Below are positions 32,233 to 41,683 of a stretch of 64,000 nucleotides of DNA, in pieces. The notes under the pieces were generated by a model. The model was not told where the DNA came from and searched no databases. It saw nothing but the letters and a program-made list of their open reading frames with translations. Position numbers and translations under genes: made by a program. This stretch comes from Coprothermobacterota bacterium (lineage in GTDB: Bacteria; Coprothermobacterota; Coprothermobacteria; Coprothermobacterales; Coprothermobacteraceae). Each line of letters opens with the position of its first letter. Positions within the stretch are counted from its first letter, which is position 1. Location: assembly GCA_036679065.1 (NCBI GenBank), contig JAZIGN010000001.1:128001-192000 (forward strand), in the 5' to 3' direction.

Positions 32233-32918
32233 AGCGAGCCAGTTATTGGATAATCTTGCTTCTTACATTGTTTATTGGTTTTGTTCTGGGTTACCAGCGA
32301 AGCGTAGTTGCACGGAGCTCATATGTGTTAACGAGCAGAAAAGGACAACTCATCGCACAAATTGAACAGAAAGAAAGTGATTTGAGCCACCTCAAAGAAG
32401 AAGTACAGAGTTTAGCAGAAGAAGTAGCTGCTTTCCCGCAAGTTACACCAAGCACGCAGTTGGAAACGAACCTGGAGCAACAGAAAATGAAGCTTGGTTT
32501 TTCGGAAATGAGCGGACCTGGGCTCATAATTACTTTGGCGGACTCTAAACAAAAGCCAAAACCTGATGACGATCCTAATTATTACATCGTTCATGATTGG
32601 CAAATAAGAAATCTGGTTCGCTTTCTTTTTGGGGTTGGTGCGGACGGCATCGCGGTTAACGATCAACGTATCGTTTTCAATTCAGAAATTGTGTGTGCCG
32701 GTCCCATTATCATAGTGAATGGTCAAAGACTGTCACCTCCTTATCACATCTTTGTTGTGGGCGACCCACAAGTGCTGCAGGAAGAATTGAATGATTTTCC
32801 TGACCTGGAGCTGCTAAAGGCACTTCGAGACACGTATGGCCTTGTTTTCCAGCTTGAAACTTCTTCTAACATTTCCTTACCTGGTCGACCTGTGGAGGTG
32901 CTGATGAGTGCGAAATAA
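32229..32918 (+). CDS. DUF881 family protein (YlxW/YlxX-like)
   Basis: TM plus coiled coil, GPGLIITLAD, IVHD, GADGIAVNDQR, SPPY.I..VGDP. Confidence 0.9.
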   Translation: MKRASYWIILLLTLFIGFVLGYQRSVVARSSYVLTSRKGQLIAQIEQKESDLSHLKEEVQSLAEEVAAFPQVTPSTQLETNLEQQKMKLGFSEMSGPGLIITLADSKQKPKPDDDPNYYIVHDWQIRNLVRFLFGVGADGIAVNDQRIVFNSEIVCAGPIIIVNGQRLSPPYHIFVVGDPQVLQEELNDFPDLELLKALRDTYGLVFQLETSSNISLPGRPVEVLMSAK

Positions 32919-33552
32919 GTGGCTCTTCTTCTTAGCCGTGGCAGCCATAGTTTTTGTTTCAGCTTTTGGTATGGGCTTTTCCAGAGGTGGACCACAAGTG
33001 GACCTAAACTCGCTTTCAGAAAGTGATTTGGCTATGATTTATGCAAAATCATTAGATGAAATCAATAGGCTGGAGTCAGCCAAGGAAGTTCTGCTGGAAA
33101 AGCTTACGGAGCTCAAAAGCACGAGCCACGATATTGATTCACTGAACCGACAACAGAGAGAACTGGTTGCACGTCTGGAATCTTTATCCTGCGATGCACC
33201 TTTAACCGGTTCAGGGATAACTATTACGGTGAACGTTCCTGACGGTGCGTTCTTGGGTTGGGACTGGCCCATAACACTGATCAACAATGCTTACAGTGCA
33301 GGTGCACTGGGTGTGTCTGTGAATGATGTTAGGCTCAGCCCTAAGTGGTACGCGTATTACGAAAGTGGGAAACTGCATGTTGAGGGTAAAACATTGAGCT
33401 CGCCATTTGTTTTTGACATTGTTGGCGAACCAGAATCAGTATTGGCAGCTATGTACTTGCCCAGTGGCGTTTTTGACACACTACAGATATGGGGGGTTAG
33501 AATAGAGCATGAACTCAAACCAGAACTCACAATCCAAAAATGCAATCGTTAG
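32908..33552 (+). CDS. DUF881 family protein (second, divergent copy)
   Basis: TM, coiled coil, GSGITITV, AGALGVSVNDVR, SSPF...IVGEP. Confidence 0.8.
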   Translation: MRNKWLFFLAVAAIVFVSAFGMGFSRGGPQVDLNSLSESDLAMIYAKSLDEINRLESAKEVLLEKLTELKSTSHDIDSLNRQQRELVARLESLSCDAPLTGSGITITVNVPDGAFLGWDWPITLINNAYSAGALGVSVNDVRLSPKWYAYYESGKLHVEGKTLSSPFVFDIVGEPESVLAAMYLPSGVFDTLQIWGVRIEHELKPELTIQKCNR

Positions 33553-33916
33553 GAACTTAGTACTCGCAGTCTCGGTGATTGTGGTAGCAGTGGTCGGCTT
33601 CTATTTTGGCATGAAATACGGCCAGCGCAGTTCGTTTTCTGCTTCCCAGGTTCGCTACATAGGAGTTCTCGTTTTAGTTGTGCTGGACGCCATATTCGGT
33701 GGTATTAGGGCTGAGATTCAAGACATGTTTGACATTGTCATATTTGCGTCCGGTATTGCCGTGGGTGGGCTAATGGCTGTGTGGCTTTTGTTCTTGGGAG
33801 ATTTGTTTGGTATTGATTTAAGCTTGGCTGCTGTAGTAACATTTGGAGGTCGCATATTCCAAAATGTGTCCATTATTAGGAGAATATTGATTGAGAAGAT
33901 AAGGAGGGCAAGGTGA
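33509..33916 (+). CDS. Small basic protein Sbp (DUF1290 family)
   Basis: LDAIFGGIRA, LGDLFGIDLSLAAVVTFGGRIFQN.SIIRR. Confidence 0.85.
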   Translation: MNSNQNSQSKNAIVRNLVLAVSVIVVAVVGFYFGMKYGQRSSFSASQVRYIGVLVLVVLDAIFGGIRAEIQDMFDIVIFASGIAVGGLMAVWLLFLGDLFGIDLSLAAVVTFGGRIFQNVSIIRRILIEKIRRAR

Positions 33917-34974
33917 TGGAGGAACGTATTCCGGATCTGTGGGAGGGTATCCAGGCTCAGATAAAAGTAGTGGGCATTGGCAGCGCTGGAAACAATGCTC
34001 TTAATCGCATGATACGTGAAGGCATTGACGGTGTAGAGTTTATTGCCATGAACACTGATGTTCAAGCTTTATCGAAATGTTTAGCGCCACAAAAGCTGAA
34101 CCTGGGGCCCAAACTGACAAGAGGTTTGGGGGCTGGTTTAGATCCCGAAAAGGGTAAAGCAGCTGCTGAAGAAAGCGTTGAAGAAATCAAGAAACTTCTC
34201 GAGGGCGCCGACTTGGTTTTCATCACGGCTGGTCTGGGTGGTGGCACTGGTACAGGAGCAGCTCCCATTGTGGCGAGGGTGGCAAAGGATGTAGGAGCTC
34301 TGGTGGTGGGAGTGGTTTCAAAGCCACATCCCTTCATTGAAGGGACTAGGCGCTACAAAATCGCAGAAGAAGGACTTCGTCAACTGGCTGAACACGTGGA
34401 TGCGTTGATCCCTATTTCCAATGAGAACATTTTCAAGATGGGGAACTCTGATATGACTTTGGATCAAGCATTTAGTTTGGGAGACCAAGTACTCATGCAG
34501 GGTGTTAAAGGCATTTCGGAAATCATACTAAAGCCAGGATTCATAAACGTCGATTTTGCGGATGTACGGATGGTGCTCGAGAATGCGGGTACAGCTGTTA
34601 TGGGTATTGGTAGCGCAACGGGTGATAACAGAGCTGAGAAAGCTGCACAGCAGGCTATTTCTTCGCCTCTGCTGGAGTTTAGGCCAACTGGCGCTAGCAG
34701 GCTGCTCTACAACATAACTGTGAAACCCGGAAATATTACCACTAAGGATATAACCAGTATTGCAGAAATATTCCAACAAATTGTCAGTGACGACGCGCTC
34801 ATTAAGTTTGGTGTTGTGTACGATGAAGAGTTAGAAGACAGCAAAATTGAAGTCACACTCATTGCTAGTGAATTCAAAAATGAAACCACTAGAACGGCCA
34901 GTTTTGGTGCTTCAAAAGAACAGCCAGTAAAGGAAGTAAAACGAGTTACCATCCCCGAAATTTTCGGTAGATGA
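33916..34974 (+). CDS. ftsZ: Cell division protein FtsZ
   Basis: NTDVQAL, GLGAG, GGGTGTG tubulin signature, INVDFADV T7 loop. Confidence 0.98.
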   Translation: MEERIPDLWEGIQAQIKVVGIGSAGNNALNRMIREGIDGVEFIAMNTDVQALSKCLAPQKLNLGPKLTRGLGAGLDPEKGKAAAEESVEEIKKLLEGADLVFITAGLGGGTGTGAAPIVARVAKDVGALVVGVVSKPHPFIEGTRRYKIAEEGLRQLAEHVDALIPISNENIFKMGNSDMTLDQAFSLGDQVLMQGVKGISEIILKPGFINVDFADVRMVLENAGTAVMGIGSATGDNRAEKAAQQAISSPLLEFRPTGASRLLYNITVKPGNITTKDITSIAEIFQQIVSDDALIKFGVVYDEELEDSKIEVTLIASEFKNETTRTASFGASKEQPVKEVKRVTIPEIFGR

Positions 34975-36311
34975 ATTGGAAGGAGCAGCAGGAGCTTAAG
35001 CGTATTAAAGCCAGTGAGCGTTGGTTATGGCAGCCACGCTTTTACGGGGATGATACTGAACTTGTAGTGTTCCCAGGTTCTTACCATATTGGTGTTGCGA
35101 ACCTGGGGTACCAGTTTTTGATAGGCAGGTTAATACAGCTTAATAGGTCTTTCGACCGCTTTTTCATTGATCCGCGCTTGTCTTCTACCACAAGCTTTGA
35201 TACGGAGCGTCCTATTCTGGATTATGCTCGTTGGGACGTAACGCTTCCTTTTGAAGAGAACCTACTTGAGCTCATAAAGCTCCTAGTGAAGCTTGATGTG
35301 CCTCTGGATGCATCTGCCAGAGATTTTCCCGTGCTGAATGTGGGCGGGGCAATGTCTCTTATTAACCCAGAACTGGTGTCGTTCATAGCTAATGAAGTGT
35401 TTGTGGGTGAAGCTGACGAAGAATGGCCTGAGAAGAGAAGTAGATTAGAGCCAAAAGTGGCGAAGGACTTTGGTGTGCATTCAGTTGTTACAAGTCCACG
35501 GAGTGTGTTCAAGGATACCATGTTAGTTGAGATCGCACGAGGTTGTATGTGGTCCTGCAAGTTTTGTTTCTACAGACAAGCCTATGGTCCTATCCGATTC
35601 GTATCAAGGGAAACCGCACTAAAAACCATGACGATGCTAAAAGAAAAAGGTTTTGACAAAGTCGGATTCATTGCTGCTAACGTTAGTGATGTTCCCTGGC
35701 TAAAGGACATTCTGAACCATGCAAAGAATCTTGGCATGAAAGTCAGCGTCTCTTCATTAGCAGTGGAAACACTTTCGGAGGAAGTCATGGAACTTTTGAG
35801 AACGCTTGGTGTACAGCAGCTTACTTTGGCAGTGGAGCACGGAGATGAGAAGGTCAGAAAGGAACTTGGTAAACCTTTCTCCGATGAAGATTTAATCCGC
35901 ACGTTAAAATTAGCTGAGTCTTTGGGATACAAAGGGGTAAAACTTTACTTCATAAACGGAGTTACATCTGAGTGGAAATTCAATGCAGACAGTGCGATTA
36001 GACTGCTTAAAGACATAAGACAAACCGTGAGAATGTCCATAAAAGTATCCGGGTCTGTGTTCGTGCCAAAACCTGGCACTCCCATGGAAGATGAGCCCTT
36101 TCCACCAGAGCAGTTAATTGATATGGAAAGGAAGGCCCTTTTAAGCAATTCGCCAGAGGTTTCCTTCGCATTTGAACCTTATTGGGACGCTCAAAAAGAG
36201 TTCGTCCTGAGTCGATTGAGGGCAGAAGATTTACCCAGGTTTGTGTCAATTTTAAATGAGAAAGGTGAACGGAAGGCAATCGAGTTTCTTTCTGAAAAAT
36301 ACAGCAGTTAG
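34971..36311 (+). CDS. Radical SAM protein (B12-binding/YgiQ-like, function unknown)
   Basis: EIARGCMWSCKFC, VKLYF, FVPKPGTP; ATGA overlap with ftsZ. Confidence 0.85.
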   Translation: MNWKEQQELKRIKASERWLWQPRFYGDDTELVVFPGSYHIGVANLGYQFLIGRLIQLNRSFDRFFIDPRLSSTTSFDTERPILDYARWDVTLPFEENLLELIKLLVKLDVPLDASARDFPVLNVGGAMSLINPELVSFIANEVFVGEADEEWPEKRSRLEPKVAKDFGVHSVVTSPRSVFKDTMLVEIARGCMWSCKFCFYRQAYGPIRFVSRETALKTMTMLKEKGFDKVGFIAANVSDVPWLKDILNHAKNLGMKVSVSSLAVETLSEEVMELLRTLGVQQLTLAVEHGDEKVRKELGKPFSDEDLIRTLKLAESLGYKGVKLYFINGVTSEWKFNADSAIRLLKDIRQTVRMSIKVSGSVFVPKPGTPMEDEPFPPEQLIDMERKALLSNSPEVSFAFEPYWDAQKEFVLSRLRAEDLPRFVSILNEKGERKAIEFLSEKYSS

Positions 36312-36446
36312 AGATTGCCTAAGTGTTATCATATATTTACAACCGGCAAATTATGATATTGAACTTTTCCAAAAAGGAGCGGTAACGATTGGGTACACAA
36401 GTGAATGATATCTTACCAAATCTAGGAAATATGCGGGAGGATGGCC

Positions 36447-39167
36447 ATGGCTAAGGAAAACGAGAAGTACAACAGTACTATAAATCTACCAAAACCCCTG
36501 TTACGCATGAAGGCGAACCTACCACAAACTGAGGAAACATGGTTGAAGTTTTGGGAAGATAATAGTGTTTTTGAGAGAGCACTCGAAAAACGTAAGGATT
36601 CCCCTTTGTTCGTTTTACACGATGGTCCTCCTTATGCGAACGGGGATATTCACTTGGGAACTGCACTAAATAAGATTCTGAAAGACGCCGTTAACAAGTA
36701 CAAACTACTTCGTGGTTTCAGAACTCCCTATGTTCCCGGTTGGGATACTCATGGCTTACCCATTGAACAGCAGGTGACTAAACAGACGAAAATAAACCCT
36801 GAGGATTTTGCTGTAACTGAATGGCGTGACAAATGCAAGGATTTTGCACTTTCATATATTGGCAAGCAGATGAAAAGTTTCAAGAGACTGGGTGTTTTAG
36901 GCCTGTGGGAAAACTACTACGCTACCTTTAAGCCGGAATATGAGGGAAAAGAGCTAGAAATTCTGGCTGACTTGGTTGAGAGAGGATTCGTGGTTCGAAA
37001 GAGGCGTCCTGTTTACTGGTGTCCGCATTGCAAGACCACGTTGGCAGAAGCTGAAATTGAGTACCGTGAGAAGGTTTCACCATCCATTTTTGTGAGCTTT
37101 CCATCCAAGAACGGTTCTTACAAGGCCATTGCATGGACTACTACCCCTTGGACTTTACCGGATAACGTAGCATTAGCTTTTCATCCTGAAGAAAACTATG
37201 TGTTCGTCAGCGTAGCCGAAAACACATACGTGCTTGCTGAAAAGCGCTTGGAGAAGGTTGCTGATGTGCTTGGTTGGGTTGATTACGAAGTGGTGGCGTC
37301 AAAACCTGGTGCCGCCTTTGAAGACGAGCGTTTTGAACATCCAGTCTATGATGACAAAGAGACAGTCGCTATTTTAGCCGATTTTGTGTCCATGGAAGAT
37401 GGTACAGGTATTGTGCACATTGCACCAGGTCACGGTGAAGAAGACTACATAGTCTGGGAAGAAAAGGGACGTGACTTTCCAATGATGATAGATGATAGTG
37501 GTCGTTTTACCGAGCAGGCTGGATTCTTGGCTGGTGTTTTCTATGCTGATGCAAACGATTTGGTGCTTGACCTTCTTACTAAAGAAGGGAAACTCCTGCA
37601 TAAGGATAAAGTAACACACTCATATCCCCATTGTTGGAGGTGTCACAATCCAGTTATCTTCAGAGCACTGAGTCAGTGGTTTATTGATGTGGACATGTAC
37701 CGTGATGAAGCACTGCACGCATTAAAAGAGGTTCAGTGGATACCCGCTGGCTCTGATGCCCGTATTAGTGACATGGTAAAGAGCAGACCTGATTGGTGTT
37801 TGAGTCGTCAAAGAATTTGGGGCGTTCCTATACCATCGATAAAATGTAGCCATTGTGGCCGTTCAATTCTGGATCCGCGTGTGGTCCGCAACGTGGCCAC
37901 TGCCGTGAGAAAGGATGGATCTAACATTTGGTACTCAGAGCCTTTGGAAACGTTCTTGCCCGGGAAAATTGAGTGCCCTGAGTGCGGTTCAACGGAGTTT
38001 GAGAAAGAATATGATATCTTGGACGTATGGTTTGACAGTGGGGTAAGCCATTTTGCTGTTCTGGAGCAGTATGATGGACTTCGTTGGCCTGCTGACCTCT
38101 ACTTGGAGGGTTACGATCAGCATCGTGGTTGGTTTCAGACCAGCCTTCTAACGGCTGTACCACTTCGTGGACGAGCTCCTTACAACACCGTATTGTCTCA
38201 TGGATTTGTCCTGGACGAGTCAGGGAGAGCCATGTCCAAGAGCATGGGGAATGTGATTGATCCTTCTGAGGTTGTTGCTAGCGTTGGAGCTGACGTTTTA
38301 AGGCTGGCACTGCTCATGAGTGATTACACCGCTGATATCCAGGTGGGACAAAACATTTTTAACCAAGCTTCTGAGATTTACAAAAAGATAAGGAATACGT
38401 TCCGATTCATGGAAGGCAACTTGTTTGACTTCCAAAGCTCTGACGAGGTTCCGTTTGAGGAGATGAAGCCGCTTGACAGGTGGATCTTGAGTAGATGGAC
38501 GGACATGAAAAGAAGGCTTTCTTCTGCTTTTGATGATTATGAGTTCTACGGTTTTGTGAGCGTTTTCCATAGCTTCTGCGTGAAAGAACTGAGTTCAATT
38601 TACCTTGATGCCATAAAGAGTAGATTGTACCTCAGAAAACCCGATGACCAGGAAAGGCGAAGTGCACAGACAGCTCTAAAGATAATGGCTACGGAGTTTC
38701 CTGTGCTCATAGCACCCATGCTTACGTTCACTGCCGAGGAGATGTGGCAGGCATTAGTGAGCAGGGGCTTGGTTGACGAAGAGTCAGTGTATCTGTCAGA
38801 TTGGCCTAGCTCCGTTTTCTTTTTGACGGAGGAGGAATCGAGTTTTTGGGAAAATGCGCTTCGGCTTAAAGAAAAAGCGAATGAGCAGATGGAAAGACTG
38901 AGGCAGGATAAATCCATAGGTCATTCTTTGGATGCTTCTGTTATTGTTTACGGAAATGGAACAGATTTTCTCTCTCATTCCGAGTGGGCTGAGTTCTTTG
39001 TGGTTTCTTCGGCTCAGATAAAGAACGAGGGAAAAGAGTGGGACATAGAAGTGGAAAGAGCTTTGGGAGTGAAGTGTGCTAGATGTTGGAGGGTTAGGGA
39101 AGACGTTGGCTTAGATCCTGAGTATCCTGATATATGTGGAGAATGCTTGGACGATATAACTGGATAG
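36447..39167 (+). CDS. ileS: Isoleucine--tRNA ligase (type 1)
   Basis: HDGPPYANGDIHLG, GWDTHGLP, WCLSRQR, AMSKS, C-terminal CARC..CGEC zinc finger; GGGAGG RBS. Confidence 0.98.
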   Translation: MAKENEKYNSTINLPKPLLRMKANLPQTEETWLKFWEDNSVFERALEKRKDSPLFVLHDGPPYANGDIHLGTALNKILKDAVNKYKLLRGFRTPYVPGWDTHGLPIEQQVTKQTKINPEDFAVTEWRDKCKDFALSYIGKQMKSFKRLGVLGLWENYYATFKPEYEGKELEILADLVERGFVVRKRRPVYWCPHCKTTLAEAEIEYREKVSPSIFVSFPSKNGSYKAIAWTTTPWTLPDNVALAFHPEENYVFVSVAENTYVLAEKRLEKVADVLGWVDYEVVASKPGAAFEDERFEHPVYDDKETVAILADFVSMEDGTGIVHIAPGHGEEDYIVWEEKGRDFPMMIDDSGRFTEQAGFLAGVFYADANDLVLDLLTKEGKLLHKDKVTHSYPHCWRCHNPVIFRALSQWFIDVDMYRDEALHALKEVQWIPAGSDARISDMVKSRPDWCLSRQRIWGVPIPSIKCSHCGRSILDPRVVRNVATAVRKDGSNIWYSEPLETFLPGKIECPECGSTEFEKEYDILDVWFDSGVSHFAVLEQYDGLRWPADLYLEGYDQHRGWFQTSLLTAVPLRGRAPYNTVLSHGFVLDESGRAMSKSMGNVIDPSEVVASVGADVLRLALLMSDYTADIQVGQNIFNQASEIYKKIRNTFRFMEGNLFDFQSSDEVPFEEMKPLDRWILSRWTDMKRRLSSAFDDYEFYGFVSVFHSFCVKELSSIYLDAIKSRLYLRKPDDQERRSAQTALKIMATEFPVLIAPMLTFTAEEMWQALVSRGLVDEESVYLSDWPSSVFFLTEEESSFWENALRLKEKANEQMERLRQDKSIGHSLDASVIVYGNGTDFLSHSEWAEFFVVSSAQIKNEGKEWDIEVERALGVKCARCWRVREDVGLDPEYPDICGECLDDITG

Positions 39168-39520
39168 TGCTGGGTGTTTACGGCTTCCTGGCGGACAGAA
39201 TCTGTAAGCATGTGGTCCTAAAGGGAGGAACCTATGTTATTAATGAAGGCGTTTCTTTCGGTATTGATTTAGGAAAGAGTACCAATATTCTGGTAGCTAT
39301 TGCCATGTTGCTAATGTTGTGGGTCACGCTGGGGGAAAGGAAGTACTTGTGGCTTTCGTTTTTCGGTGCTCTGGGAAATGTGCTTGACAGGTGGTTATAT
39401 GACGGTGTGGTGGATTACATAAAAATAGGAAAGTTTCCTTGGTTCAATGCTGCGGACTTTCTCATTGTGCTCGGACTTTGCCTATGGGCGATGAAGCAAT
39501 TAGGGTTATTACCGGAATAG
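39134..39520 (+). CDS. lspA: Lipoprotein signal peptidase II (short)
   Basis: NEGVSFG, GALGNVLDR, VVDY, FNAAD. Confidence 0.9.
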   Translation: MWRMLGRYNWIVLGVYGFLADRICKHVVLKGGTYVINEGVSFGIDLGKSTNILVAIAMLLMLWVTLGERKYLWLSFFGALGNVLDRWLYDGVVDYIKIGKFPWFNAADFLIVLGLCLWAMKQLGLLPE

Positions 39521-40431
39521 CCGACCGAGAAAACAGGCTTGACTTGGCTTTAATGGAGCTCATAGATGATGAGGGTATTTCTCGGACTTGGGTGCAAAAC
39601 AATATTAAGGCTGGTTTTGTCAAGTGCAACAATGAAGTGGTAACGAAGCCCTCTTTTAGGGTGAAAAAAGGCGATGTTTTAGAAATAGCTCTAAGGACGC
39701 GAATAAGTGAACTTGAACCTGCTGACGTGGAGTATTCAGTGATCTATCATGACGAACATTTAGCTGTCGTCGACAAACCGCCTAATTTGGTGGTACATCC
39801 CGCTCCCAGCGTGAAAGGAGTTACTCTTTGCCATGGATTGCTCAAGGATTTTCCACAAGTGAGGAACGTGGGTAGCGGTGAGCGTCCGGGCATTGTGCAC
39901 CGACTTGATAAAGACACTTCTGGACTAATGCTTGTAGCTCTTTCTGAGAAGGGCTACGCGGGTCTGACAAAGATGATCAGTGAAAAAGCTGTTGTTAGAA
40001 AATACCTGGTAGCTGTTTGGGGTGTGGCAAATGCGCCTTTTGACGTGGATGCTCCCATTGGTAGGGACCAGAGAATTCCAACACGTATGGCCGTGGTACC
40101 CCATGGAAAGAATGCCCATACGCGTTTCAGACCAATGCAGTGCTTGGAAAAGGTGAGCCTACTGGAGGCTGAGCTTTCCACTGGCAGGACACATCAGATT
40201 AGGGTTCATTTGAGGCATGTGGGCCTTTACGTTCTGGGAGACCCCGTTTATGGAAACGCTGAGAGCCGTTTGTTGGCGCCCAGAGTGTTTCTTCACAGCT
40301 ATTACTTGGAACTGCGGCATCCTGTTACGGGGGAGCTTTTGAGGTTTGTCAGTGCTCTGCCTGAAGATTTGGATGAATGTTGGCACATTTTAGGAGGCGG
40401 TGACATTGTATACCCTACGGTTTGTGCGTGA
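39484..40431 (+). CDS. rluD: RluA/RluD family pseudouridine synthase
   Basis: S4 domain (RLD..SR), KPPNLVVHP, HRLDKDTSG, TGRTHQIRVH, GDPVYG. Confidence 0.93.
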   Translation: MGDEAIRVITGIADRENRLDLALMELIDDEGISRTWVQNNIKAGFVKCNNEVVTKPSFRVKKGDVLEIALRTRISELEPADVEYSVIYHDEHLAVVDKPPNLVVHPAPSVKGVTLCHGLLKDFPQVRNVGSGERPGIVHRLDKDTSGLMLVALSEKGYAGLTKMISEKAVVRKYLVAVWGVANAPFDVDAPIGRDQRIPTRMAVVPHGKNAHTRFRPMQCLEKVSLLEAELSTGRTHQIRVHLRHVGLYVLGDPVYGNAESRLLAPRVFLHSYYLELRHPVTGELLRFVSALPEDLDECWHILGGGDIVYPTVCA

Positions 40432-41662
40432 CAACGAGGAGTTAATCAGAGAGGCATTAAGAAAAAGACAATATGATGAATCCATCGTCGAACAGCTGCT
40501 GGCTCTAGATGAAGAGCGAAGGAGAGAAGTTACTGCTCTGCAAGAACTGAACACGAAGAGAAACGAGCTAACTGCTGTGGTTTCTAAGAAAAAGAAAGCA
40601 GGAATTGACGCTTCTGAGGAAATACAGCTGCTAAAGGAGCTCAAAGAAGATGTTTCAATGAAAGAAGCTGTTGTATCTGAACTGGAAGTAAAGATCCGGG
40701 AAATACTTGTGCAGTTACCCAATATCCCACATGAATCGGTACCAGCTGGAAAAGACTCTTCGGAGAATGTGGAAGTGCGTCGCTGGGGAGAACCTAGGGT
40801 TTTTCCTTTTCAGCCACAGCCTCATTGGGTTATAGGCGAGAATATGAACATCTTGGATTTTCAAAGAGCTGCTAAGATATCTGGCTCGCGGTTCGTGGCT
40901 TATCAGGGGTTGGGTGCGCTGCTAGAGCTCTCCCTGATTAATTTAATGGTATGGACTCACGTGAAAGAGCATGGTTACACGTTTGTTATTCCTCCCTATC
41001 TGGTAAAAAGTGAAACAGCTTTTGGAACAGGACATTTGCCAAAGTTCAAAGACGAGATGTATTACTGTCCTGAGGACGACCTTTATCTCATACCAACGGC
41101 GGAACTTCCCATGGTGGCTTACCACAGTGGTGATGTCTTGTCTGAGGCAGAGCTGCCTAAACGGTATGTGGCTTACTCTGCCTGTTTTAGGAGGGAGGCG
41201 GGAGCCGCGGGAAGAGATACCAGAGGACTTATAAGAAGACATCAGTTCAACAAGGTAGAACTCATAAAGATTACAAGACCTGAGAATTCCTATGATGAAT
41301 TGGAGTCCATGGTTAACGATGCTGAGTCCATATTGCAGCTCCTGGATCTGCCTTACAGGGTCGTTTTGCTGTGCACTGGTGACATGGGATTTGCAGCCGC
41401 CAAGACCTATGACATAGAAGTGTGGATGCCTTCCTATGGCCGCTATGTGGAAATATCTTCGTGTTCCAACACGGAGGGGTTCCAAGCTCGAAGAGCTAAT
41501 GTGAGGATGCGCAGACCTGATGGTTCCATGGATTATCCGCACATGCTTAACGGATCAGGCTTAGCCGTGGGTAGAACTTTGGCCGCTATCATGGAGAATT
41601 ACCAAAAAGAAGATGGAACGTTCGATATTCCTGAAGCACTGAAGGCGTTCATGTTCTCTTAA
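40400..41662 (+). CDS. serS: Serine--tRNA ligase
   Basis: N-terminal coiled coil, IPTAE, FRREAG, HQFNKVE, EISSCSN, NGSGLAVGR. Confidence 0.98.
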   Translation: MTLYTLRFVRDNEELIREALRKRQYDESIVEQLLALDEERRREVTALQELNTKRNELTAVVSKKKKAGIDASEEIQLLKELKEDVSMKEAVVSELEVKIREILVQLPNIPHESVPAGKDSSENVEVRRWGEPRVFPFQPQPHWVIGENMNILDFQRAAKISGSRFVAYQGLGALLELSLINLMVWTHVKEHGYTFVIPPYLVKSETAFGTGHLPKFKDEMYYCPEDDLYLIPTAELPMVAYHSGDVLSEAELPKRYVAYSACFRREAGAAGRDTRGLIRRHQFNKVELIKITRPENSYDELESMVNDAESILQLLDLPYRVVLLCTGDMGFAAAKTYDIEVWMPSYGRYVEISSCSNTEGFQARRANVRMRRPDGSMDYPHMLNGSGLAVGRTLAAIMENYQKEDGTFDIPEALKAFMFS

Positions 41663-41683
41663 CTCAGCCACGAAGCCTGTTGT

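Noticed and set aside
36312..36446. T-box riboswitch upstream of ileS (also checked before argS and serS)
   Set aside because: The leader is short, with no TGGNACC T-box or terminator hairpin; serS overlaps rluD
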